A DNA stretch of 64,000 nucleotides from a virus (taxonomy: Duplodnaviria; Caudoviricetes), in IMG/VR virus record IMGVR_UViG_2912838376_000002, positions 160,001-224,000 of that record; one strand, 5' to 3'. Positions 36,049-46,215 of the stretch are shown one piece after another. A model generated the notes under the pieces. It was not told the origin of the DNA and did not search any database. It saw only the letters and a program-made list of their open reading frames with translations. The first letter of the stretch is position 1. The number at the start of each line of letters is the position of its first letter. A program made the translations under genes and the position numbers.

Positions 36049-36088
36049 AAGGGCGACAGGTATCCGCAATGGGCCTGTCGTCTTTTTT
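36049..36088 (+). terminator. Intrinsic terminator after terL
   Basis: GGCGACAGG...CCTGTCGTC plus T-run. Confidence 0.7.
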
Positions 36089-36108
36089 AATAAAAGGAGG
36101 ATAACAAC

Positions 36109-37464
36109 ATGGATGAAGTTTTAGGAAAGAAAGTTGAAATAGATACCGAATTAGAACGTTCCGTTATAGAGTACAGACCACGAGTAAAGTACGAACCGAA
36201 TAAACCGTTCACTGTACATTTGCAAACAGAAGAAGTTATAGGAGAAGACCCGGAAGGACTTGAAGAAGATGGTTCTTTTGTTCCTGAAGAAAAACCTGCT
36301 AAACAGTACGATAAGTTTGTCGATACATTAGAGCAGATTAAAGAACTTATTGATTCTGTTGAGAAGAAGATAAAAGACATGCAGATTCCTATTTCGCAAG
36401 AGGACTTAGAAAAAATCTATCAATCACAACCATCATTCGACCTAAGCATAGCTAACAATGGTTTTATTGATTTTGATACATACAAGAAGACATTTGAAGA
36501 TCCAGAAGCTCCTGCAAACTCACTTATCCAAGACATTGTTCATTCATATGCAGAAGATGTAGAAGGTAATTTGGATCTTGAATTTTATGAAGACCTAAAG
36601 GAATTACAATCGACGGTAGAAGAAGGATACTTCCTATTTAAAGAAACTGTTTTAAAGAATTACCTTGATGGTGACATTCCTGCTGAACCAGAACGAAATA
36701 AGGACTTCACTGAACAAATCGAAGAAGCGGTTAAGAAACAAAAAGAATGGTTTAGACAAGTAACAAAACTATATAAAAACAATGAAGGTACATACTATGA
36801 ATCTCTTAGAACAGAATATGGTTCTCCTGAATTCTTCAAAGCAAGTGATGAGTATATAAAAGCAAAACGTCCTTATGATATCGCAATCCGTGAGGGGAAA
36901 ACAGTTAATGAAATGATTTCTCTTGTAGATGGTCTTCTTATAGGTTCGGAAGATTGTTCCGACTCTATTAAATCCGGATTAGTTTTAGGTAGCGAGATTG
37001 ACCGCGAAGAGGTTATGAATTTATTAGAAAATCAAGCTTCTACTAAAGAACAACTTACCGATTTACTCAAATTAACGCAGTTATCCTTGAAGCTACAACT
37101 TAACCAACAAATTGAAGATAAAAAACAATATCGAGATGTGTTAAAAAATATCAACAATCTTTCTCGTAAAAAGCGCTCACATGACGAATTACTTATGGCG
37201 TTCGAACTTCGAAATAAGATGTATCTAAATATGTATGATTCATTGCAACATTTAGAATCTCCAAGTAAGGCACCTGGGGTGGAATCATTCCTGAATCAGA
37301 TGGCTGGAGGATTAAGTCTTGTACAAGGGCAGTATGATTCATTCCTGCAAGATGTGTATGCAATGTATATGTCCGAATACGAAGTAAGAAGAGAGAAAAT
37401 CGATAAAACGTTAAACAAGGAAAATGCAAGAGCCGGTTATTCTTTGGTATTAGAGTATCTATAA
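36109..37464 (+). CDS. Acidic helical hypothetical protein in the head module
   Basis: 451-aa ORF between terL and portal; AGGAGG RBS. Confidence 0.75.
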   Translation: MDEVLGKKVEIDTELERSVIEYRPRVKYEPNKPFTVHLQTEEVIGEDPEGLEEDGSFVPEEKPAKQYDKFVDTLEQIKELIDSVEKKIKDMQIPISQEDLEKIYQSQPSFDLSIANNGFIDFDTYKKTFEDPEAPANSLIQDIVHSYAEDVEGNLDLEFYEDLKELQSTVEEGYFLFKETVLKNYLDGDIPAEPERNKDFTEQIEEAVKKQKEWFRQVTKLYKNNEGTYYESLRTEYGSPEFFKASDEYIKAKRPYDIAIREGKTVNEMISLVDGLLIGSEDCSDSIKSGLVLGSEIDREEVMNLLENQASTKEQLTDLLKLTQLSLKLQLNQQIEDKKQYRDVLKNINNLSRKKRSHDELLMAFELRNKMYLNMYDSLQHLESPSKAPGVESFLNQMAGGLSLVQGQYDSFLQDVYAMYMSEYEVRREKIDKTLNKENARAGYSLVLEYL

Positions 37465-37479
37465 GAGAGGTGTACTAAA

Positions 37480-39585
37480 TTGAATATGATAGAACGAATT
37501 CGTAAAGGGGTTCGATTAAGAACTATTAATGAAGCACCTTCCGCAACTAAACGTGACCCGAAGAAAATTGCAGTTAAACGTTTAGGACAAGCCATCAAAA
37601 CTGCAGGTGGGGGAGGAGACTTCGAGAATTCACCAGTTGATTTAGCGGAAATTGGCCGTGCGTATTATACGGACAGTTATATTCGCAGAGCTGTAGACAA
37701 ACATGCAGCCTTAATGTTTAAGAATGGCTGGGAGATTTCGGGTAAAAACGATCAAGCAGTTGAGTATGTATGGACTCGATTAAAACTAATGTCAGAAGCA
37801 ACAGGTCAAAGTATAGATTCATTCTTACAAGAGATCTCTGATAACCTAATTCTTTACGGCAATGCCTACGTAGTAAAAGCTCGTGCAAAGACGGGTGGAT
37901 TACCATCTGGCGTTACAGCTGTAGGATATACAGGTAAACAACCAATTGCAGGATATTTCCCATTAGCTGCTCCAAATATCACAGTAAGTCGTGATGAAAA
38001 TGGTAAGATTCTAGCTTATGAAGAAACTGCAGGTAGTGGTGGTGGAGAAGGTGTCCAGTACAAACCGGAAGACATGATTCACTTCACTTATCGAAAACCA
38101 AGTGGTCGTGCATACGGTGTACCATTCATTTTCAATGCTTTAGATGATGTTAAGTTACTTCGCCAAATTGAAGAGAACGTAGCAAGATTAATTTACCGCA
38201 ACCTATTCCCTCTATATTTATACAAAGTCGGTATCGATAAACCGGGCTTTGAAGCAACAGATGAAGAAATCGAGACACTTCGAGAAGAAATCCGTAACAT
38301 TCCTGTAGATGGAGCTTTAGTTGTTCCAGAGCGTCACAATATTGAAGTAGTTGGTTCACAAGGACAAGCTATTGATGCAAATGGATACTTAAAGTATTTC
38401 CGTCAACGTGTATTCTCCGGATTAGGAGTAAGTGACACGATCATGGGTATTTCGGATACCGCTAATAAATCCACATCTGATAACCAATCCTCAGATTTAA
38501 ATGACTCCGTGAAAGACTTCCAAAAAACATTCGCTGATATTGCTAAGTTCTCAATTATCAATGAGCTTCTTTTTGAAGGTGGGTTTGATCCTATTTTAAA
38601 TCCAGATGATGAAGTGGACTTTGTATTCCACGAGATTGAGTTCGATGCAAAAATCAAACGCGAAAATCATGTCGTTCAATTGTTCATGCAAAACACAATT
38701 ACGTTTGAAGAAATGCGTCAGTTACTTGGTAAAGACATAACAGTAGATGAATCTCGTCTTTATGGAAATATGTTTAGCGCAGCAACTAGTGCTTCTGCAG
38801 ATAGTGAAGGTGCTGCTAATCAGGGTAACAACAAAGACCAACCAGAAAATCAACATGGTAAGCAGACAAGCCCAGGTAAGCCCAAAACATCTGAGACAAG
38901 AAACAAGAGTGTTTCAGTTTCAGAAAACACAAAATTGACCGAGGCTGCTCAACTGGTTAACTTGTCTGAGTCATTACAAGTTGGTTCATTCACTGAAAAG
39001 ATGGAGAAATACTGGTCTGATGCAATGGAAGATGTCCAAGATAGAGTTTCTAATCAACAGGACACTGAAACCATAAATGCATTTACTACTGGTCTTATTA
39101 CTCGACTATTCCACGAAAAGGCTCGTCCATTTGTAGAGCGTTCATTCCTATACGGATTCCAAGAAGGATTAAACCAAATGGGAAATCAGTTAACGAAATT
39201 ACAGCCGGGCGATGTAGAGATCGCGGTAGAGAAACATAGCCAATCATTTAAGAAGTTAACACAGGATATTACAACTTCTGTATCAGCTTGTTATGAGAAA
39301 GACACTCCAGTCGCTCATGTCAACCACGCATTCACGGCTAACCGTTACCGAATAGGATTTATCGCGAAACGAATTGCTTATGAAGCTTATAACTATGGGG
39401 TTGCACTAGCAGCGGAGAGAGCCAAGAAAGACATGGTTTATGTTAAACATAAACCTAATTGTTGCAAGACATGCTTATCCGCTCCTGCTGAAATCCCCTT
39501 AACTGATGGTTGGAGAACACAAATACCACCTCATCATACCAACTGCGAATGCACAATCGTAATTACAAACAAGGAGGTCATCTAA
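37480..39585 (+). CDS. Portal protein with C-terminal MuF/gp7-like domain
   Basis: LILYGNAY, MIHF...YGVP and ITFEEMRQLLG portal motifs; C-terminal C..C...PPHHTNCEC typical of MuF. Confidence 0.85.
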   Translation: MNMIERIRKGVRLRTINEAPSATKRDPKKIAVKRLGQAIKTAGGGGDFENSPVDLAEIGRAYYTDSYIRRAVDKHAALMFKNGWEISGKNDQAVEYVWTRLKLMSEATGQSIDSFLQEISDNLILYGNAYVVKARAKTGGLPSGVTAVGYTGKQPIAGYFPLAAPNITVSRDENGKILAYEETAGSGGGEGVQYKPEDMIHFTYRKPSGRAYGVPFIFNALDDVKLLRQIEENVARLIYRNLFPLYLYKVGIDKPGFEATDEEIETLREEIRNIPVDGALVVPERHNIEVVGSQGQAIDANGYLKYFRQRVFSGLGVSDTIMGISDTANKSTSDNQSSDLNDSVKDFQKTFADIAKFSIINELLFEGGFDPILNPDDEVDFVFHEIEFDAKIKRENHVVQLFMQNTITFEEMRQLLGKDITVDESRLYGNMFSAATSASADSEGAANQGNNKDQPENQHGKQTSPGKPKTSETRNKSVSVSENTKLTEAAQLVNLSESLQVGSFTEKMEKYWSDAMEDVQDRVSNQQDTETINAFTTGLITRLFHEKARPFVERSFLYGFQEGLNQMGNQLTKLQPGDVEIAVEKHSQSFKKLTQDITTSVSACYEKDTPVAHVNHAFTANRYRIGFIAKRIAYEAYNYGVALAAERAKKDMVYVKHKPNCCKTCLSAPAEIPLTDGWRTQIPPHHTNCECTIVITNKEVI

Positions 39586-39586
39586 G

Positions 39587-40996
39587 ATGAACATTTTAAA
39601 ATGGAAGGGCCTTGATATAGACCCTAAGGAAATTCATGAATCTGTAACTACGAAAGCTCAAATCTCTCAAATTGATACAACATTCAATGAATCTACTAGC
39701 GAAAGTGGAATTACTGTTCTTTATCCAAAGATTGAAGCAATCCATGAAGGACGAACTCGTAACTTTAACCGCTATACTGCAGAAAAACTAAAAGGAAACC
39801 ATGAATTAAAAAGTGGTGTTTATAGTTGGACGCAACCTTTCCCCAAACCGGTTATCCACAATCACGACGTTAATACAGAAGCTACTGGTCGTGTTTACTC
39901 CGCTTCATTCACTGAATACACTTCAGCTGGTCGCCCCGGCATTATCGTAACTCCTAAAATCACTCAAGAAAAAGCAATCAAAGATATCTTAGAAGGTCGT
40001 TTACTAACTGTATCTATCGGTGCAACTACAAATGCTGCAGTATGTACAGTTTGTGGAACAGACATCATCAACGAAGGTTGGTGTGGTCATATGCGTGGAG
40101 AACAGTATGACGGCAATGTATGTGAATGGGTTGCTGGTGACTTATTCTTCGACGAATTAAGTTGGGTAAACGTACCTGCTGATTCTGATGCAATGATTAC
40201 AACGAATGGATTAACTAACAACACAATGTCTACTGGTGAAGGTGTTACAGATACAGGTGGAGGAATCATCGTAACAGGGACAGTTGAGGGCGCCAAGATC
40301 GATACTTCGACTTCAACGTTGACTCCTGATTCTGGAGTGGTTAAAAGTGTAAGTGAATCAAATGAAAAGGAGGAAAACATAGTGACGCAAGAGGACAAAA
40401 ATGTTGTAACAGAGCCAGTGGTAGAAGAAGCTGCTCCAGTTACAGAAGAGAAAGATGAAGCTACTCAAGAAGCAACTACAGAAGAAACTGTTGTAGAAGA
40501 GACAGTAGAAGAAGCAACTCAAGAAGTTACAGAAGAAGAAACTCCAGCTACGACTGTTGAAGAAACGCCAGTAGTTGAAGAGCCAGTTGTAACAGAACAA
40601 GAAGAAACTCAATCTGCTGAACTTACTCAAGTTCAAGAAGAGTTAGCTGAAGCTAAAAATACGATTGAAGAACTGACAAGTGCAAATGAGAAACTTGCAA
40701 AAGATCTTCATGAATCTACTGTTGGTTTCCTAGTTGATCTACGCGTGGCAGTAGGTAAAGAATCTAGCCGCGAAGAAGCAACTGCAAAATTTGCTGCTCG
40801 TTCTATCGAGTCCTTACGTGATTCTATCTCTGACATTCTAGCAGAAAAACCATCTATTCAGACGAGTCGTACTGTTGAACGTGTAGAGAAACCAGTTGGA
40901 AAAGTTGTTACTGAAAGTAAAACGTTGGCAACTGAATCAGTAAAGGTTACAAGTAATGAAGAAGCAATTATTCGTCTATTAACTGGACGCAGATAA
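39587..40996 (+). CDS. Prohead protease fused to scaffold
   Basis: HNHD, VSIG and ELSWVNVPAD motifs with a CTVCG..CGH insert; E/T-rich linker and C-terminal coiled coil. Confidence 0.8.
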   Translation: MNILKWKGLDIDPKEIHESVTTKAQISQIDTTFNESTSESGITVLYPKIEAIHEGRTRNFNRYTAEKLKGNHELKSGVYSWTQPFPKPVIHNHDVNTEATGRVYSASFTEYTSAGRPGIIVTPKITQEKAIKDILEGRLLTVSIGATTNAAVCTVCGTDIINEGWCGHMRGEQYDGNVCEWVAGDLFFDELSWVNVPADSDAMITTNGLTNNTMSTGEGVTDTGGGIIVTGTVEGAKIDTSTSTLTPDSGVVKSVSESNEKEENIVTQEDKNVVTEPVVEEAAPVTEEKDEATQEATTEETVVEETVEEATQEVTEEETPATTVEETPVVEEPVVTEQEETQSAELTQVQEELAEAKNTIEELTSANEKLAKDLHESTVGFLVDLRVAVGKESSREEATAKFAARSIESLRDSISDILAEKPSIQTSRTVERVEKPVGKVVTESKTLATESVKVTSNEEAIIRLLTGRR

Positions 40997-41027
40997 AACC
41001 CCCAAATAACAAGGAGGCACATTCAAA

Positions 41028-42284
41028 ATGGCACAATTCCCAAATGTGAATGGTTCTTACAAATTCAAAGGTAAGACACATACTAACTTAGTAATCTCTG
41101 AAGGTATGGCTCCGGCGGAAGATTTAATTATCTCTCGTACTAACGGTGCAGAAACTTTCATCTATGAGTACGGCCCAGAGGGTAACCAAACGGTGGTACT
41201 TGCAAAAGGTAAAATCGTTGAACTAGTTGGCGCTGAGTATGATCCTGAGACAGGTCATCAAAAAACAGCTGTTAAACAAGCAACAGATGCAGCTGAAAAA
41301 ATCGCTGGTGTAAACTTACACAACGTTTATTCTCGTCGTCGTGATGGTATGGTTTCTACTTTAACAAAACCAACTGTTATCACTCGTAACTATGTTGAGG
41401 TTCCTTTATTCGAAACTGATGGTACTGCTGATTTAGCTGCTGCTCAAGTACTTGCAAAAGCAATGAAATTCGGTGCTGCTGTTTCTGAAAAGAAACAAGA
41501 CGCTACAAAATTAATGCCTGGTGACCGCGTTGTTTCTGACAAAGACGGTAACTTCCGTAAATACGTTAAAGGCACAGATGCTCCAGAAGCTATCGTTGGA
41601 CAAGTTTGGGCGAAAGAAACTGAACTTCCACCAGCTGGATTCCTTCAATACTACTCAGAATTAGTTAACCCTGAAATGGAAGCATTCTTAAAACAAATGT
41701 CTCACGCTCCATCTCCAGGTGCTCCTGGTACAGGCGTAGGCGCATTCCCTTATGGAACTTCTTACACTGAAAAAGGTTGGAAGCCTGAATTCGAAAAAAT
41801 GTTAGGTGCTAAAGGCTTAACTGGAATTCCATTCTTAACTGACGGATTCTTCCGCGCTCAAGAAACTCGTAACTTCGCTGTTGCTACTGGTACTGCTGGT
41901 GCAATGACAATGAACGATAACGTTGAAGCTGTTCGTGGTGCAGAAGGTACTACTTTCGTTGCTACAGATAACAAGGTAGTAGTTGGTGCAGGAGTTAAAA
42001 ACGCTGCTGTATTCATCAAATTAAAACAAAAAATCGATACTACTAAACTAGCTGACGTAGCTGCTCAAATCGATGGTAAAGCAGTAAATGCTAACGACAT
42101 GCATGTTGATGTTACTCACAACACTGTTGTTATCTACTTACCAATCAACGAAACTGATGCAGCTGTAGAACACACTGGTTTAACTTTAACAGTACCAATG
42201 GTAGTTGATCCAATCGCTGGAATTCCTACTGCTTGGGACCACAAAGGTTCTGTTGGTGCAGTACGTATTTTACTTCAAAAATAA
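41028..42284 (+). CDS. Putative capsid decoration/structural protein
   Basis: Lies between protease and major capsid; highly-expressed codon bias. Confidence 0.6.
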   Translation: MAQFPNVNGSYKFKGKTHTNLVISEGMAPAEDLIISRTNGAETFIYEYGPEGNQTVVLAKGKIVELVGAEYDPETGHQKTAVKQATDAAEKIAGVNLHNVYSRRRDGMVSTLTKPTVITRNYVEVPLFETDGTADLAAAQVLAKAMKFGAAVSEKKQDATKLMPGDRVVSDKDGNFRKYVKGTDAPEAIVGQVWAKETELPPAGFLQYYSELVNPEMEAFLKQMSHAPSPGAPGTGVGAFPYGTSYTEKGWKPEFEKMLGAKGLTGIPFLTDGFFRAQETRNFAVATGTAGAMTMNDNVEAVRGAEGTTFVATDNKVVVGAGVKNAAVFIKLKQKIDTTKLADVAAQIDGKAVNANDMHVDVTHNTVVIYLPINETDAAVEHTGLTLTVPMVVDPIAGIPTAWDHKGSVGAVRILLQK

Positions 42285-42484
42285 TCATCTTCGAAATACC
42301 CCTCACTTATTCTTCTAAACATGTAATCTCCTAAACAAATAACCTAATAGTTTAAACTTTACGGTCCTGAGATCAACAGCTTAAAAGATAAGTAGACACA
42401 ATTCCCATTTAAGGTGGGGGCTGGAAAGTCTATAATCCCCCACTTTAAATTTTACCCACAAACACTCAGGAGGATACATATATC

Positions 42485-43591
42485 ATGGAAAACACTCAAA
42501 ATATTGAACTTCATGAGAAGTACACAAAAATGATGGCATATGCAGGAAAAGTACCTGCTAAGCAACGCGTACAAGTAAGTGAAGCATTAACATCGGCTGA
42601 TGCAAACATTTTAATCCCGAAAGTAATCTCTACAGTAGTATTAGAAGCTGCTGAACCTTTAACATTAGTTTCTAACCTATTCCAAAAGGTTACATTAAAT
42701 GAAGGACGTTCAATGGAATTCATCCACTTCGGAGCAATTCGCGCATTCGAAATTGGAGAAGGACAAGAATATCCAAACCAAGCACTAGACTTAGCTCAAG
42801 GCGGAATTGGTTCTGTAGATGTTAAAGTTAAGAAATACGGTTTAAAAATCGCTATTACTGACGAAATGATTTCAGACTCACAATGGGATGTAATCGGATT
42901 ACACCTTCGCGCTGCTGGTCGTGCAATGGCTGCTAAGAAAGAAGAAATTTGCTTCAACGAGTTTAAGAAAACTGGTCACGTAGTATACGATGCTGATTTA
43001 TTCCCAGCTGGTACTGACGGACACCCTACAGGTCGTGGATTCGATGGCGAACTTAACGGTACATTATCTGCTGAAGATATCATCGACATGGCTGTATCAA
43101 TCATGAGCGCAGGCTACACTCCTACAACAATCATCATGCACCCTCTTTGCTGGTCTCTATTTGCTAAGAACGCTGCTCTAGAAGGCACAAGCGTTGCTGC
43201 ATTTGGACAAGGCACTTCAAACTTTGACCCTCGTACATTCAACACTTCAAACGCTTTAGGCTTAGAAGTAGTATTCTCTCCATTCGTTCCTTTCGATCAA
43301 GCTAACAAGAAATTCGATTTCTTCCTAGTAGACAAAAACAACGTTGGTGTAATGCTAGTTAAAGACGAGATCTCTACAGAGCAATTCGATGATCCAACTC
43401 GTGACATCCAATCTCTAAAATTACGTGAGCGTTATGGCGTAGGCGTACTAAACGGCGGAAAAGCAATCGCTGTTGCTAAAAACATCAAGTTCGCTAAAAC
43501 TTACCCAGCTCCAACTCGTAGCTTTGCTGATATGCCTTTACCATCTGATATGACAGATGCTACAAAACGTAAAGCACATGACGTTATCTAA
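42485..43591 (+). CDS. Major capsid protein (HK97 fold)
   Basis: LIPKVI, IGEGQEYP, KKYGLKIAITDEMISDS, IIMHP and RERYG motifs; strong codon bias. Confidence 0.88.
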   Translation: MENTQNIELHEKYTKMMAYAGKVPAKQRVQVSEALTSADANILIPKVISTVVLEAAEPLTLVSNLFQKVTLNEGRSMEFIHFGAIRAFEIGEGQEYPNQALDLAQGGIGSVDVKVKKYGLKIAITDEMISDSQWDVIGLHLRAAGRAMAAKKEEICFNEFKKTGHVVYDADLFPAGTDGHPTGRGFDGELNGTLSAEDIIDMAVSIMSAGYTPTTIIMHPLCWSLFAKNAALEGTSVAAFGQGTSNFDPRTFNTSNALGLEVVFSPFVPFDQANKKFDFFLVDKNNVGVMLVKDEISTEQFDDPTRDIQSLKLRERYGVGVLNGGKAIAVAKNIKFAKTYPAPTRSFADMPLPSDMTDATKRKAHDVI

Positions 43592-43614
43592 TTAAATAAC
43601 AATTATGTTCCTAC

Positions 43615-43647
43615 GGAGCTCCTACAGTTGATGTAGGGGCTTCTTTT
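43615..43647 (+). terminator. Terminator after major capsid gene
   Basis: GAGCTCCTACA...TGTAGGGGCTT plus T-run. Confidence 0.7.
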
Positions 43648-43689
43648 ATAGGATAAACCAAAACACAGAACCGAAAGGATGACTTATTC

Positions 43690-44034
43690 ATGACAGAATT
43701 AAAAGTATTTGTATCTCCGCATTTTTCAGAAGAGGAATTTGAAGACACAGTTAGTGGTCTTACATTTAAAAAAGGTCGCTCAATCAATGTTCACTCAATT
43801 GATATTGCAGAAAACAAACTATCTGGTATCCAATCTGCTTTACGTAAGAACATCTTACTTCCTTATGATAAACAAACTCTTGAATTTGTTAATGGTAAAA
43901 ACATTGCTAAGGACGAAGAAGTAGTTAAACCAGAAGTAGTTGAACCGGCAGAGAAAGAAGAAGTTGTTGTTGAAGCAGCTGAAGTTAAGCCAGTTAAGAA
44001 GACTCGTAAAAGTACTAAAAAAGAAACTGAATAA
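43690..44034 (+). CDS. Hypothetical head-associated protein
   Basis: 114-aa ORF after the capsid gene with E/K-rich tail. Confidence 0.65.
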   Translation: MTELKVFVSPHFSEEEFEDTVSGLTFKKGRSINVHSIDIAENKLSGIQSALRKNILLPYDKQTLEFVNGKNIAKDEEVVKPEVVEPAEKEEVVVEAAEVKPVKKTRKSTKKETE

Positions 44035-44048
44035 GCGAGGTGAGGTAG

Positions 44049-45662
44049 ATGCCTTCTAATGCATATCTAGTATTGGGTGTTAATCCGGTATCAAATGAAT
44101 CAAATGTAGAGCTATCTACTACAATATCAATCACGTTCGCTAAACATATCAATCTTGATACGTTAAACAATAATACGATTCGCCTAAGAAAAGTAAATGG
44201 TGATTTCGTAGAGTACACTGGGCGATATAACAACGTGAACAAAGTGTACGAAATTACTCCTAACGCTCCACTTGAACCTAATACACAGTATCAAACAATG
44301 GTAATGGGTGGGGCAAGTGGTGTTGTTTCAATCGATAACAATTACCTTCCTAGTACAAAGACATATGAGTTTGTAACTGTTCAGAAGAAGGGGATTACCG
44401 CTTTAGAGAACTTAGTATTAGCACAAGATTATTACTTTGTTTCCGCTAAGTGGGACTTACCTAATGGATTAGTGGATGGGGAAGAGATTTACTTTAATGT
44501 TCGACTATCTACATCTAACAATCCTGAAGCTTATGATTTGTGGCCAAAGAACCCACTAGAGGGTAAAACAACAAGTCTTAGCTTCACTATCCCTTATCGT
44601 TTAGAAACAGAGAAGAATTATTATGTACATGTTCAAGGTGTTACAGGTAATAAGGAAACAGCTTGGTTAACAAGTCAGATTTATATCGAGAAAAGAGGAG
44701 AACAACCCGTAACTCCACCAGTTGTAGAACCACCAACTACAGGTGAAGGTGGAGGAAGCGGTGGGGGAGGGACAATAGTTGGTCAGTTATCTATTGTCGA
44801 TCATTTCCCTCAAACAGGAGAGTTACAAAAACCTTCGGAAGTAGTTGTTGTGTTTACAGATACTATTGCTAGTAGCTTATTCGGTGAAGACCAACCCGAA
44901 ACAAACCCTTTATTCTACGTTGTAGAAGCTCCATACAAACAACAGCTTTCTTTAATTGATATGAGAGGTGCATATAGCCCTAATAAGGCTATAAAGGGTC
45001 GTATAAGCCTAGATGAAGAGAATGCTAATGTATTAGTCTTTACACCTGCAGAAGGCCCTACAGTCTTTAGACAGGGCAAGGAATATACAGTAGTAGTTTC
45101 TAAGAATCTAAAGGGCGAAAACACTTTACCTACTGGAATGACTTATACATTTAGTTTTGTAGGTACCCCAGAACATCTACATGGTGACATCACTCAAATC
45201 AGAGAAGTGTTGAAACAATTTGGATTAAATCCATCAACTCGATTCCTTCAATCACTAATGAGAAAGTACAGTCAGTTTGCATGTGATATATGGTTTGAAT
45301 CACCAGCATTTGATGAAGAACTTCATAAAGATGGTGACGCGCCTTATTACATTAATGAATATGTAAACACGCAAGTAACTATCGACTCATTACTAAGTGG
45401 AGGAAGTGCTGTTTCTTCAAGTGGTGATGAGAGCATTAAGTTAGGTGACTTGTCTGTAACGAAGAAAGCAGGAAGCTCAAGCTCAAACAATGTGTCTTCT
45501 ATGATTAGAAAATTACAAGGAGCATTAAAGCCTTGGGAAGATCTTATTCATGGCCATCACAATAGAGGATATGCAAAACCAGGTAATGCAGTAAAAGGTG
45601 AATCAGTATCACCATATCCTGATTTCGTAACAAGAACTACACTAAAAGACTTCGATAAGTAG
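44049..45662 (+). CDS. Ig-like/FN3 virion protein with head-tail adaptor-like C-terminus
   Basis: Ig-like domains (ISITF...PLEPNTQY; VVVF...GKEYTV) and SIKLGDLSV adaptor motif. Confidence 0.6.
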   Translation: MPSNAYLVLGVNPVSNESNVELSTTISITFAKHINLDTLNNNTIRLRKVNGDFVEYTGRYNNVNKVYEITPNAPLEPNTQYQTMVMGGASGVVSIDNNYLPSTKTYEFVTVQKKGITALENLVLAQDYYFVSAKWDLPNGLVDGEEIYFNVRLSTSNNPEAYDLWPKNPLEGKTTSLSFTIPYRLETEKNYYVHVQGVTGNKETAWLTSQIYIEKRGEQPVTPPVVEPPTTGEGGGSGGGGTIVGQLSIVDHFPQTGELQKPSEVVVVFTDTIASSLFGEDQPETNPLFYVVEAPYKQQLSLIDMRGAYSPNKAIKGRISLDEENANVLVFTPAEGPTVFRQGKEYTVVVSKNLKGENTLPTGMTYTFSFVGTPEHLHGDITQIREVLKQFGLNPSTRFLQSLMRKYSQFACDIWFESPAFDEELHKDGDAPYYINEYVNTQVTIDSLLSGGSAVSSSGDESIKLGDLSVTKKAGSSSSNNVSSMIRKLQGALKPWEDLIHGHHNRGYAKPGNAVKGESVSPYPDFVTRTTLKDFDK

Positions 45663-45673
45663 GTGAATAGATA

Positions 45674-46213
45674 ATGAGAGTAAGTTTCGACCTATCTAAT
45701 GAATTCAAAAAAATCTTGGAAGAGTACGGTCATGACGTACTAGTTCTTAGACAAGATAAGAAGCTTTTATGTTCTTGTTATAACGAAGTAACCCAAGAGG
45801 CAGATCGTAATTGTCCGATTTGTCTCGGACTGGGTTATTCTTTCATTGCTGAAAGGCATACAACAAGAGCCGAAACGATTGCTTTAGAACCACAGTTGGC
45901 AGGACTCTTAAAGGAAAATCCTATTGGAGATGTATTAACAGGAGGTAGAAAGTATTACTTCCAACCAAACATGATAGCTAACGAAAAAGACTTGATTGTA
46001 GAAGTGGATTGGGATAATTTCGGACGACCTTCTTATAAAGATGAAGGTATATGGAAAATCACAAACGTAGACCACACTCAGGATCTTGGAGAAGGAAAAA
46101 CAATTTACAAGGTCTACTATGCTACTGTACAACCTGTAAGAAGTAAAATACGTGGCATTCGCATTTCAGAAATAAACGGCGTTAAACAATACAATATTTT
46201 ATTGGAGGGGTAA
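45674..46213 (+). CDS. Putative neck/head-closure protein
   Basis: CSC...CPICLGLG insert; position in the module. Confidence 0.5.
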   Translation: MRVSFDLSNEFKKILEEYGHDVLVLRQDKKLLCSCYNEVTQEADRNCPICLGLGYSFIAERHTTRAETIALEPQLAGLLKENPIGDVLTGGRKYYFQPNMIANEKDLIVEVDWDNFGRPSYKDEGIWKITNVDHTQDLGEGKTIYKVYYATVQPVRSKIRGIRISEINGVKQYNILLEG

Positions 46214-46215
46214 GA

